DNA of 39,811 nucleotides, taken from NCBI RefSeq assembly GCF_004010195.1, contig NC_057752.1, positions 2,563,440 to 2,603,250 of the forward strand. Direction: 5' to 3'. The position numbers and the translations under genes were made by a program. Below, piece after piece: positions 22,211-33,254 of the stretch. Source of the stretch: Chiloscyllium plagiosum. Its lineage: Eukaryota. Position 1 is the stretch's first letter, and each line of letters begins with the position of its first letter. A model generated the notes under the pieces. The model searched no databases, was not told the DNA's origin, and was given only the letters and a program-made list of their open reading frames with translations.

Positions 22211-23399
22211 CCCCCACCCCATATCCATTTCCCCCCCTTTTTTATTTTTGCTGTTTGTTTTATTTCCTCTTGCTCTGCAAGTATTGATTCATCATGGCCT
22301 ATGGATCGACAGCATGCGAGCAACCCAACATTGTGCCAAGGAGTTTAGATCTCAGAGTCCAGTTTAGAGTAGGAGTTTGAAAGCACTTGCTCATGCGAAA
22401 ACAAAATAGAAATCTGGAACTCTTGAGGTGAAGTTGATAGATATTTTTTCTTGCGTTCAGGGTGATAGAACTGAAGTCAGGATCTAATGGAATGGCTTGG
22501 TCCTGTTCACTTTTTCACTCATGGGACACTGGCGTCACTGGCTGGGCCCAGCATTTACTGCCCGTCCTTAGTTGCCCTTGAAGGTGGTGGTGGACTGCCT
22601 TTGTAGTGCTGGGGAATGGTCACCCCCAAGCCGCAAATGGCACAAGGTGGAGACATGGTGTGTTCCATGAAGTATTTATGAAATTCCTGTTTTGAAAGAT
22701 GCAGTTAAATTTGTTTCCTTCTGTCTTTCAGACAGAGTGGTTCAGATCACCACAACTCACTCTGTTAAATTAAAAGTGGTGGTGTGGGGGGGGGAACATC
22801 CCATATATCTCTCTTCTCTGGATCTTTTGCCAACGATCTGAATCTGGAGCAGCCTTTATGGCATGGCCTCATGCCCATGAGTAATAGAACAAGACAGGCC
22901 AACTTCATTTCACTTTCACTTCCACACAGTCGACAATGATCAGTCAGTCAGTGTGGCCTGGAAGTTGATCAGGTGAATAGAGTGGAGAGAGGAATGACGA
23001 TGAAATAAAAATACCATTTGTTTTTCTTTTTGTGGGGAGTGGGCATCGCAAGTTGGGCCAGCATTTATTCCCTGCCCCAAATTGCCCTGGTGAGGATGGC
23101 AGTAAGCTGCAGTCCTTGAGGCGGAGGTAGCATTCTAACATGCACACACCACTCAATTAGCCTGAGATTCCTTCATCAGAATCAGGAGAATTCACTGGCC
23201 TCCCTGCAAGGCCCATGCCTTAGGATCTGGCAGAATTCCCCAAAGTGTCGGAAGAAGCAGGGCCTGAAACAGGGTGCAAGCCCTGATCCATTAGAGAACC
23301 TGACTTCTCCTGAAACAAAGGCCAGATGTTTTGAGAAGATTTGTAGCTCGGGTTGAGGTTCTGGATGTAGGTTTGCTCACTGAGCTGGAAGATTCATTT

Positions 23400-23439
23400 C
23401 CAGATGTTTCGTCACCCTACTAGGTAATATCTTCAGTGG
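23400..23439 (-). ncRNA. Minimal type-I hammerhead motif (family C, left arm)
   Basis: cca-CTGAAGA-t-attacc-tagtag-ggtgac-GAAA-ca-TC-tgg. Confidence 0.72.
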
Positions 23440-23617
23440 GCATCAGGCGAAGCACTGCTGATGATTCCTGCTTTCTATTTATGTGTTAGGGTTTCTTTGG
23501 GCTGGTGATGTCATTTCCAGTGGGAATGTACCGCAGGAAATGACAACACTAGCCCAAAGCAACCCAAACATAGAAATAGAAAGCAGGAATTATCATTAGC
23601 AGTGCTTTGCCTGAGGC

Positions 23618-23657
23618 CCACTGAAGATGTTACCTAGCAGCGTGACGAAACATCTGG
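23618..23657 (+). ncRNA. Minimal type-I hammerhead motif (family C, right arm)
   Basis: cca-CTGAAGA-t-gttac-ctagcagc-gtgac-GAAA-ca-TC-tgg; helix I cca/tgg. Confidence 0.75.
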
Positions 23658-23825
23658 AAATGAACCTTTCAGCTCAGCGAGCAAACCTCCATCCATAAAG
23701 GCCAGATGCAACCAAGTGAGAGAGTTAATTAGTGGCAATGATCAATGTATTGATACTTCAGCAACTAAATATTGCGTCAGACAATCTCTCACTGTCTTCT
23801 TTCAAATAGTACCACGAGCTCTGTT

Positions 23826-24250
23826 GTAAGAACTGGAGGAGGAATAGGCCATCTCATGCCTCTAGCCCGCTCCGCCAATAAGATCAGCCACGATTTCACT
23901 TAACCCGCCTGCTCACCATAACCCTTAATTCCTTTACTCTTCACAAATCAATCTATCTTTGCCTTAAAAACATTCAGTGAAGTAGCCTCAACTGCTTCAC
24001 TGGGCAGGAAATTCCACAGATTCACAACCCTTTGGGTGAAGAAATTCCCCCTCAACTCAGGCTGAAATCTGCTTCCTCTTATTTTGAGGCTATGCCCCCT
24101 ATTTCTACTTTCATCTGCCAGTGGAAACAACCTCCTTGCTTCTACCTTACATATTGATTTCATAATCTTATATTTCTATAAGATCCTTCTCAAATTCCAA
24201 CAAGTAGTCCCAGTCTATTCAATCTCTCCTCAAGCCAACCCACTCAACTC
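23826..24250 (-). mobile_element. CR1 ORF2 C-terminus and 3' UTR
   Basis: Minus-strand ORF LFPLADESRNRGHSLKIRGSRFQPELRGNFFTQRVVNLWNFLP...FKAKID. Confidence 0.9.
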
Positions 24251-24251
24251 C

Positions 24252-24430
24252 CCACTTGAAACGGCAAGCAAGGCCTCCATTTGACAATGCATCTGGAGGA
24301 CAACATCGCTGACAGTGCAGCACTCCCTCAGCACTGGACAGGAGAGTTGGCCTTGCTTTGACTTGTGTAGGAGAATTTGAACCCAGAACTTACTGCCTGA
24401 GGTGCACGGACGCCACCCACTGAACCCATT
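24252..24430 (-). mobile_element. DeuSINE-like 5' half (3' part at about 23790-23825, split by the CR1)
   Basis: tgacagtgcagcactccctcagcactg...atttgaaccc...cccactgaaccca. Confidence 0.65.
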
Positions 24431-24726
24431 GCTGCCAAGCCTTTTTTATTTACCACAGATATCCCACCAGTAACCAAGGAAATAAAGTGCCCAAAACAAT
24501 CCAAAGAGAAACCACCCTGCTTTTCATCTTGCTATTTTGCTGGGAAGCATGAGAGAAAGATTAAAGTTCACACTCTGTTGGCTGTGCCAAATGTGTATTG
24601 AGCTGACAGCCCCAGTGACAGAGACTATTATTCACTCCCTCGAATTCTCTCATTAACAATACAACAAACAACACCTGGATTTCAGTGTTTAACAACACTG
24701 ATCTCGTGACAGCACAGATCACTCGA

Positions 24727-24838
24727 ATCAACCAGTTCAGAGATTTTTGTCAGTGAACACCTCTGGGGGCAGGTGGGTTTTGAACCTGGGCCTCCTAGCT
24801 CAGAGGTAGCAACACAACCACTGTGCCTTACGAACCCC
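24727..24838 (-). mobile_element. ~100-bp tRNA-derived short SINE, copy 3
   Basis: cacctctgggggcaggtgggttttgaacctgggcctcctagctcagaggtag...accactgtgcc. Confidence 0.72.
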
Positions 24839-24904
24839 TACCTAATGACAGCGCAATCTGAGGCTAATTCTGTTCTCTAAGGCACACAATATCCTAGCTT
24901 GGCT

Positions 24905-25565
24905 TTCTTTGTATTCATTCATAAGTGGACATCACTGGCTGGGCCCAGCATTTATTGCCTGTCCCTAGTTGCCCCTTGAGGAGGTGGTGAGCTGCCTTCT
25001 CGAATGCTGCAGTCCTGCTCTGAGGGGACCTACAATGCCCTGAGGGAGGGAGTTCCAGGATTTTGACCCAGCAACAGTGAAGGAACGGCGATAGATTTCC
25101 AAGTCAGGATGGCGAGTGGCTTGGAGGGGAACCTGTGGTGTTCCCATGTATCTGCTGCTTTTATCCTTTTAGGTGGAAATGGTCATGGGTTTAGAAGGTG
25201 CTGTCTGAGGATCTTTGGTGAATTTCTGCAGGGCATCTTGTAGATAGCACACACTACTGCTACTGAGCGTCAGTGGTGGAGGAGCAGCGCTTCAAAAGCT
25301 AGTTATTCCAAATAAACCTGTTGGACTATAACCTGGTGTTGTGTGATCTTTTAACTTTGTCACTGAGTATTCCTCACCTCTGACCTACTATTGTAGCCAC
25401 TGTATTTATATAGCTAGTTAAGTTCTGTTTCTGGTCAATGACAGCCTTCTGGTTGTTGTTATTGGAGGATTCAGTGACTGTAACACCATCAAAGGGTGGA
25501 GCTTAGATTGTCTCTTAATGGCGATGGTCATTGCCCGGCATTTGTATGGCGTGAATATTACCTTG
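24905..25565 (-). mobile_element. CR1/L2-group LINE 3' fragment (partner of the tRNA-headed SINE tail)
   Basis: Reverse-complement match to 37825-38053 and 38545-38885; SFTVAGSKSWNSLP motif. Confidence 0.78.
25281..25361 (+). mobile_element. PLE family D remnant starting at hammerhead helix II
   Basis: ggagc-agc-gcttc-aAAA-gc-TA then ccaaataaacctgttggactataacctggtgttgtgtga. It interrupts the LINE; the family assignment is from recalled shark repeats. Confidence 0.55.
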
Positions 25566-27231
25566 GATGACTAAATGTGGTTTCGGGGAGGCGGGTGCAG
25601 GGTCTCAGTGGGATGGCATGTTTGGCATGATGGAAGTTGGCCATGTTGGTGGTGATGGGTTGAAATCCAGAGCTGGTCTATTCAGGAAGCATGTGGATGG
25701 AAATCTGAACTTGTGTTTCTGTGTCTCTGTGTGTCTCTCTCCCCTGAGCTCCTGAGGCTGAAAATGTTTTTCCAAAGGAGTGTTTTTTTTTGTGTGTTGG
25801 GCTCCAGAACCAAAGTTAGTCGATTACGATATTGACCTAGCAATAAACAAACAAAATCATGGGATAGTTTCGAGGGGCTAAATTTCCTCTTGAATGGCTG
25901 TTTTTGCATTTTGATTTAACGGTGTTATTGCAGTCTGTTTGGTCATCCTTGCTTTTCTGTTCATAGGTAATCATCAGCATTTTTAACGAAGTAGTCAGCC
26001 TGTCTGTAGCCTTTAAAATAGAATGAGTCAGACAAGATGATTTTCGTAGATTGCAAGCAAATGAAGGGAGCTGCTATGAATGAATGAATGTTATTTATAT
26101 CTTAATTTAGCACAATAGTTGTGAACTATTATTTTCAACTTGCGGAGCTAGTTAAACTTGGTAAATATATATCGATATTGTTAGTGCTCCTATTTGCTTC
26201 GTTTACTGTCTACTGTTCACTGTTTGGACTTACAGCTGAAATCAAAGTCTAGATGTGTTGACACTTGGAAGAATCACGAGATTAAGAGCGAGAGCTGAAA
26301 TATATCTTAAGCAGGATCCATCCCAGAGCAAGCTACAAATCTGAGTGAGTGAAAACACTCGCTGTGGGACACAGGAGACGGCACCTCCTCTGTGAACTTC
26401 TGAAAATGGAAGCCAGAATTGTCTCGTCTTTTTAAAAAAAAATGTACAGAAAGCCACAGTTGTGGTTGAGTTCTGAGCCACAATGGAATCTACTTTCCCT
26501 GCAGGGCTTGCAACCCTATTTGAATTCTGCTCCGATCTTCTTTTAACCTCATTAAATTCTGTTCCCTGGAAGCCCAAATATCTTGGAGGACAAGTTAGTA
26601 CTTTGTGTGGCAGCTGCCAAAATTGACTGGCCTTGATAACAAGGGCTGCCCTTTAAGAAGGTCCCAATTCTCGGGAATGCTGGGGAGACATTCCAAGAAT
26701 CCCATTTGTTCAATAGGCCACTGAAAAGAGCTTTTCAGTCTGAAAGACCGTGACCACCTCAATAGATGAATGCGTCGCTCTCTGACCCCCTGCAAAACCC
26801 TCGGGTGATCATGCTAATAGTTGTCAATTGCCACACAACAAGGGAGACTCTGAGGCGAGCTGTGTTGAAGGACACTGCCATGCTGCCAAGGCGGATGAGT
26901 TTGACTGACGACAAGTTGGTTGACGGTGGCTCATGTTTTATTCTGCATGGAGACTGTCTTCGATTCTGGGGGCCTTTATGGAAGACCGTGTTAACCCAGC
27001 TTGGTTTGCCCTCCATGGTGAGGTGCCCAACTTGAAGTGGCAATGAGCTCCTTTCTTCTTGTTGTTATCCTTTTTCCCTCCAGTGTTGGTATCAACCAGT
27101 CCCAGTTTATCTCACATCTCTGGGGTTAGTTGGCTGGACAGGCTAATTTGTGATGCCAACAGCATGGGTTAAATTCCTCCACTGGCTGAGGCTACCATGA
27201 AGGTCACTCCTCCTCAACCTCTCCCCTCACC

Positions 27232-30200
27232 TGAGACTGGCTCTAATGCAATGAGGGGTATGTCACATTCCAAGAGATCAACTGTGTTCGGGGATTCTGT
27301 AGTCAGAGGTACAGGCAGATGTTTCTGTGGCCAGCAGAGAAAAAGCAGAATGGTGTGCTGTTTCCTTGGTGCCAGGATCAAGGAAGTCTCCGAGAGGGTG
27401 CAGAATGTTCTCACGGGGGAGAAGGGCCAGCAGGAGGTCATTGTCCACATTGGAACCAACGACATTGGAAGGGAAAAGGTTGAGACTCTGAAGGGAGATT
27501 ACAGAGAGTTAGGCAGAAATTTAAAAAGGAGGTCCTCAAGGGTAGTAATATCTNNNNNNNNNNNNNNNNNNNNNNNNNNNNNNNNNNNNNNNNNNNNNNN
27601 NNNNNNNNNNNNNNNNNNNNNNNNNNNNNNNNNNNNNNNNNNNNNNNNNNNNNNNNNNNNNNNNNNNNNNNNNNNNNNNNNNNNNNNNNNNNNNNNNNNN
27701 NNNNNNNNNNNNNNNNNNNNNNNNNNNNNNNNNNNNNNNNNNNNNNNNNNNNNNNNNNNNNNNNNNNNNNNNNNNNNNNNNNNNNNNNNNNNNNNNNNNN
27801 NNNNNNNNNNNNNNNNGTGGCATTTTTGATAAGGGATAGCATTACAGCTGTGCTGAAGGAGGATATTCCCAGAAATACATCCAGGGAAGTTATTTGGGTG
27901 GAACTGAGAAATAAGAAAGGGATGGTCACCTTATTGGGATTGTATTATAGACCCCCCAATAGTCAGAGGGAAATTGAGAAACAAACTTGTAAGGAGATCT
28001 CAGCTATCTGTAAGAATAATGGGGTGGGTATGGTAGGGGATTTTAACTTTCCAAACACCGACTGGGACTGCCATAGTGTTTAAAGGTTTAGATGGAGAGG
28101 AATTTAAGTGTGTACAAGACAATTTTCTGATTCAGTATGTGGATGTACCTACTCAAGGTGCAAAACTTGACCTACTCTTGGGAAATAAGGCAGGGCAGGT
28201 GAATGAGGTGTCAGTGGGGGAAGACTTTGGGGCCAGCGACCATTATTCTATTTGTTTTAAAATAGTGATGGAAAAGGATAGACCAGATCTAAAAGTTGAA
28301 GTTCTAAATTGGAGAAAGGCCAATTTTGACGATATTAGGCAAGAACTTTCGAAAGCTGATTGGAGGCAGATGGTCGCAAGTAAAGGGACGGCTGGAAAAG
28401 GGGAAGCCTTCAGAAATGAGATAACAAGAATCCAGAGAAAGTGTATTCCAGTCAGGGTGAAAGGAAAGGCTGGTAGATATAGGGAATGCTGGATGACTAA
28501 AGAAATTGAGGGTTTGGTTAAGAAAAAGAAGGAAGCATATGTCAGGTATAGACAGGATAGATCGAGTGAATCCTTAGAAGAGTATAAAGAAAGTAGGAGT
28601 ATACTTAAGAGGGAAATCAGGAGGGCAAAACGGGGACATGAGATAGCTTTGGCAAATAGAATTAAGGAGAATCCAAAGGAGTTTTACAAATATATTAAGG
28701 ACAAAAGGGTAAGTAGGTAGAGAATAGGGCTCCTCAAAGATCAGCAAGGTGGCCTTTGTGTGGAGCCACAGAAAATGGGGGAGATACTAAATGAATATTT
28801 TAATTAGCATTTACTATGGAAAAGGATATGGAAGATATAGACTGTAGGGAAATAGATGGTGATATCTTGCAAAATGTCCTGTTTACAGAGGAGGAAGTGC
28901 TGGATGTCTTGAAATGGTTAAAGGTGGATAAAACCCCAGGACCTGATCAGGTGTACCTGAGAACTCTGTGGGAAGCTAGAGAAGTGATTGCTGGGCTTCT
29001 TGCTGAGGTATGTGTATCATTGATAGTCACAGGTGAGGTGCCGGAAGACTGGAGGTTGGCAAACGTGGTGCCACTGTTTAAGAAGCGCGGTAAAGACAAG
29101 CCAGGGAACTATAGACCAGTGAGCCTGACCTCGGTGGTGGGCAAGCTGTTGGATGGAATCCTGAGGGACAGGATGTACATGTATTTGGAAAGGCAAGGAC
29201 TGATTCGGGATAGTCAGCATGGCTTTGTGTGTGGGAAATCATGTCTCACAAACTTGATTGAGTTTTTTGAAGAAGTAACAAAGAAGATTGAGGGCAGAGC
29301 AGTCGATGTGATCTATATGGACTTCAGTAAGGCGTTCCACAAGGTTCCCCATGGGAGACTGATTAGCATGGAATACAGGGGGAACTAGTCATTTGGATAC
29401 AGAAATGGCTCAAAGGTAGACAGAGGGTGGTGGTGGAGGGTTGTTTTTCAGACTGGAGGCCTGTGTCCAGTGGAGTGCCACAAGGATCGGTGCTGGGTCC
29501 TCTACTGTTTTGTCATTTACATAAATGATTTGGATGTGAGCATTAGAGGTACAGTTAGTAAGTTTGCAGATGACACCAAAATTGGAGGTGTAGTAGACAG
29601 CGAAGAGGGTTACCTCAGATTACAACAGGATGTGGACCAGATGGGCCAATGGGCTGAGAAGTGGCAGATGGAGCTTAATTCAGATAAATGCGAGGTGCTG
29701 CATTTTGGGAAAGCAAATCTTAGCAGGACTTATACACTTAATGGTAAGGTCCTAGGGAGTGTTGCTGAACAAAGAGACCTTGGAGTGCAGGTTCATAGCT
29801 CCTTGAAAGTGGGGTCACAGGTAGATAGGATAGTGAAGAAGGCGTTTGGTATGCTTTCCTTTATTGGTCAGAGTATTGAGTACAGGAGTTGGGAGGTCAT
29901 GTTGCGGCTGTACAGGACATTGGTTAGGCCGCTGTTGGAATATTGCGTGCAATTCTGGTCTCCTTCCTACCAAAGATGTTGTGAAACTTGAAAGGGTTCA
30001 GAAAAGATTTACAAGGATGTTGCCAGGGTTGGAGGATCTGAACTACAAGGAGAGGCTGAACAGGCTGGGGCTGTTCTTCCTGGAGCGTCGGAGGCTGAGG
30101 GGTGACCTTATAGAGGTTTACAAAATTCTGAGGGGCATGGATAGGATAAGTAGACACCGTCTTTTCCCTGGGGTCGGGGAGTCCAGAACTGGATGGTGTA

Positions 30201-30479
30201 GGTTTAGGGTGAGAGGGGAAAGATATAAAAGAGACCTAAGGGGCAACTTTTTCACGCAGAGAGTGGTACGTGTATGGAATGAGCTGCCAGAGGATGTGGT
30301 GGAGGCTGGTACAATTGCAACATTTAAAAGGCATTTGGATGAATATATGAATAGGAAGGGTTTGGAGGGATATGGGCCAGGTGCTGGCAGGTCGGACTAG
30401 ATTTGGTTGGGATATCTGGTCGGCATGGACGGGTTGGATCGAAGGGTCTGTTTCCATGCTGTACATCTCTATGACTCTA
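27232..30479 (+). mobile_element. 5'-truncated CR1 LINE (HER1-like), ORF1 esterase plus frameshifted ORF2 (APE endonuclease and RT)
   Basis: ORF1 GDSVVR...GARI...HIGTND. ORF2 YYRPPN, VGDFNFP, LDLLL, SDH, NYRPVSLTS, QHGF, YMDFSKAF, KFADDTK, EYCVQFWSP, FFTQRVV. Several frameshifts and stops. Tail gaagggtctgtttccatgctgtacatctctatgactcta. Confidence 0.97.
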
Positions 30480-30480
30480 A

Positions 30481-30663
30481 GTGGTTGAGGCAGACACATG
30501 AGCAACATTTAAAAGGTATTTAGATCAATACATGGGTCGGAAAGGATTAGAAGGATATGGGCCAAGTACAGGGAAATGGCATTAGCGTGGACAGACAGTT
30601 TGGTCGGCATGGACTAGTTTAGGCCAAATGGCCTGTCTCTGTGCCGCAGTATGTTATGACTAT
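30481..30663 (+). mobile_element. Second CR1 3' end of a different subfamily, directly abutting the first
   Basis: Diverged repeat of 30297-30478: gtggttgaggc...catttaaaagg...ggatatgggcca...ggtcggcatggac...ggccaaatggcctgtctctgtg...tatgactatg. Confidence 0.85.
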
Positions 30664-31324
30664 GTGGAGACTCTCCAGTTAAACCATCACCAGTCAGCTC
30701 TCTCTCTAATGTAAGTGAGACTATGGTGACTTTACCTTTTTACATTGAATCCATCTTAATTTAGTTTCTATGAAGGGGAGCGACTGGGCTTTTGAGAGAG
30801 TGTCTGTCTGAGAACATCAGGAAAGGGACAGACCCCTCAAACCATGCTGCCCTTCAATCTAGATCAGGATTGCGCTGTACCTTAACTTGATCTTATTTCA
30901 GTTGCCCTTATTTAACTGAAAATGTCTCCATTTCCGTTTTGAAATTTTCAAATGACTTTTGGCCTCTGCTCAGTTTTCCTTTTTTCATTTTGGGGATGAG
31001 AGATTTTTCAACCAGGTTTTCACTCTTTTTTTTTGAACAGTTCATTCCTGAATGGATTTGCCTCCCCAGGTTAATAGAGATCGCAAGCGTGGGCTGTAAT
31101 CAGAAGCCAGAGTTAACCTCTTTGATTACGTACCAGAAGGTGATTGAATTTGATGCTGTCAGCTTCCCTTGTCTAATGCCAGCCTTCCCTTGATTTCTGC
31201 CGGCTTTCTCAGTACACTATGATAGTCCTGGCATCCTGTCAAGTTTCCTTGCTCTCTGGTAAAACAGACACAAAGCTTGTAACCACAATCGAGCCCCTGT
31301 TAACTCGCAAGCCAAATACTGCAC

Positions 31325-31430
31325 AGGCTTGAGTAGATGGCAGATCTTGGTGAGGGTTGAGTGGAGTGTAAACGGCAGTGTGATTAGTTGGACCGGATGG
31401 CCTGTTTCTGTGCCGGTTGTAATATATGAC
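31325..31430 (+). mobile_element. Short CR1 3' tail
   Basis: ttggaccggatggcctgtttctgtgccggttgtaatatatgac. Confidence 0.55.
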
Positions 31431-31879
31431 CAAGGTAGGCTTCCGCTAGTAGTAGCCCAAGTCTTTGCATTGCCAAGGTGCCTCCTTGTTTGATCATCTC
31501 AGTTAAGCACCAAGTTTCCCAAAACCACCCCCTCGGAAACCTGGTGACTGATCTGTCAACTCACCCAAGTGAGGTCACTTCATGTAAGAACTAGGAAGCG
31601 ACACCCCCGCCCCCAAAATTTGGAACAGGAGGAGACCATTCGGTCCCCTCTGCCCTGTTGTGTTGACCAACTACGTCTTGACTGACCTACGCTCACTCTT
31701 GTAAAATTTCATTTCCACCAAATGGACCTTGAACTTGTGATCCGTGGTTCTGAATGTTTTACAACTCCTTAGTTATTCTGCCAACATTTGCAAAGCTTTT
31801 TATTTTTATTTGGTTAGTTTTTATGTTATCCAAAGGTGAGTATGGAAAATCATTTGGGCCAGTTTTTATATTTAAAAGA

Positions 31880-32088
31880 TTTGTTCCAAGGATGTGGGCA
31901 TTGCTGGCTGGGCCAGCATTTATTGCCCGTTCCTAGTTGCCCCATGAGGTGGTGAGCTGTCTTCTTGAACCACTGCAGTCTTTGGTGCAGGCAGACCCAC
32001 AATGCCCTTGGGAAGGGAGTTCCAGGATTTTGACCCAGTGTCGGTGAATGAACTGGGATATGTTTCCAGGTCGGAATGGTGTATGGCT
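31880..32088 (-). mobile_element. CR1/L2-group LINE 3' end
   Basis: Similar to 24925-25120. Confidence 0.8.
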
Positions 32089-32654
32089 TGGTCGTTGATA
32101 CGATGACATTATGATTAACTTGTGGACATCCCTAATCACTGGGTGGTACCATTAATTGGTTCAAGAACCACATCAGCTGAGGCTCAGGAGCAGGAAGAGG
32201 GAAGGGCCACACATCCTGTTGGAGGAAGCAAGTACATGACCTTGTGGCGATATAAAGGGCGGAAGAAAAACTGGAGAAGCTAAAAATAAAGTTGTCCTCT
32301 TAAAAAGACTGAAAATTGCCCAATTTGTTTAGCGGGCAAAGACACTTGCTGGTGTGGCACTCGGGTGCTCACACTGTAAGGTTACAGGTTCAAGCCTAGG
32401 CCAAGGCTGGGAATAGTAGTCAAGAAGTTAGTTTGGCTTCAATAAAAAGTGGGGGGATCAATTATTTTTTAAACTTTAATGAATATTATTATATAATTAA
32501 ATATCACAGGATAAAATTGAACAATGGTGGGGCAAGTAGGTTGTATTGTAGTTGAGAAAATGAGGTTCATGTTGAGTCTAGCATGAACTGGCACAGCTGA
32601 CTAGAAAAATACTGCCTGGAATTAAATAAAACAGTGTCCTAGTTTTTGTTTTGC

Positions 32655-33218
32655 TATTCTTTCATGTGGGATGTGGGCATTGCTGGCTGGGCCAGCATTT
32701 CATAGAATCCCTACAATGTGGAAAGACGCCGCTTGGCCCAACAAGTCCACACCAACCTTCCAAAGAGTAACCCACCCAGACCCATTTCCCTACCCTATTA
32801 TTCCACATTTAGCCCTGACTAATGCCCCTAGCCTACACATTCCTGAACACTATGGGCAGTTTAGCATGGCCAGTTCACCTAAGCACATCTTTGCCCATGA
32901 ACTGAGTGGTCTTGCTTGGCCATTTCAGAGGGCATTTCTGAGTTGACCATATTGCTGTGGGCCTGGAATCACGTAGGCCAGGCTGGGTAAGGATGGCAGA
33001 TTTCCCTTCCCCTATAGGATATTAGTGAATTAAAGTTGATTTTCACAACAATCTATGCTAGTTGTAATGGTCACCATCACTGAGATTATGTTTTATATTC
33101 TAGATTTATTCATTAAATTTCCATTCCTCCAGCTGCCTTGGTGAGGTTTGAACCCATTTCCCCAAGATCTTTCACCTGGGCCTCGGGATAGTTAGTCCAG
33201 TCATATTACCACCATCTC
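32655..33218 (-). mobile_element. tRNA-headed SINE interrupted by an HE1 fragment
   Basis: gggatgtgggcattgctggctgggccagcattt|...|ttgcccatgaactgagtgg...ggtaaggatggcagattt...ggtttgaaccc. Confidence 0.8.
32701..32892 (-). mobile_element. HE1-type V-SINE 3' fragment
   Basis: catagaatccctacaatgtgg...ggcccaacaagtcc...aacactatgggcagtttagcatggccagttcaccta; matches 35380-35480. Confidence 0.78.
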
Positions 33219-33254
33219 CTGTCATTCTCTTCAATTTCTGAAGACTCCATGATA

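Larger units (their letters stand above)
23329..23696. mobile_element. Fold-back PLE family C element with two opposed hammerheads and 12-bp TSD
   Basis: Arms 23362-23518 and 23536-23695 are reverse complements. TSD aaaggccagatg at 23317-23328 and 23697-23708. The arm matches the 3' end of the coding PLE at 33255-33410. Confidence 0.92.
27122..30742 (+). mobile_element. tRNA-derived SINE split into 27122-27234 and 30664-30742 by CR1 insertions
   Basis: Head gttggctggac...gggttaaattcc...cctctcccctcacctgag resumes tgtggagactctccagttaaaccatcaccagtcagctctc...gactatggtgactttac. Confidence 0.6.

Noticed and set aside
22710..22760. Strong-looking splice acceptor (ttccttctgtctttcag)
   Set aside because: No matching donor or coding frame was identified; isolated acceptors are common in introns.
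23329..23696. MITE / DNA transposon or miRNA precursor interpretation of the palindromes
   Set aside because: The arms match the 3' end of a coding PLE and contain hammerhead cores, the repeats are not terminal on both sides, and TSD lengths vary (9, 12, 17 bp).
27197..30400. Cluster of 88-214 aa ORFs as host genes
   Set aside because: They are consecutive frameshifted pieces of one CR1 ORF1/ORF2.
32535..32553. agtaggttgtat resembles the let-7 mature sequence
   Set aside because: Only 12 nt match, the TGAGGT seed is absent, and no complementary arm is visible.
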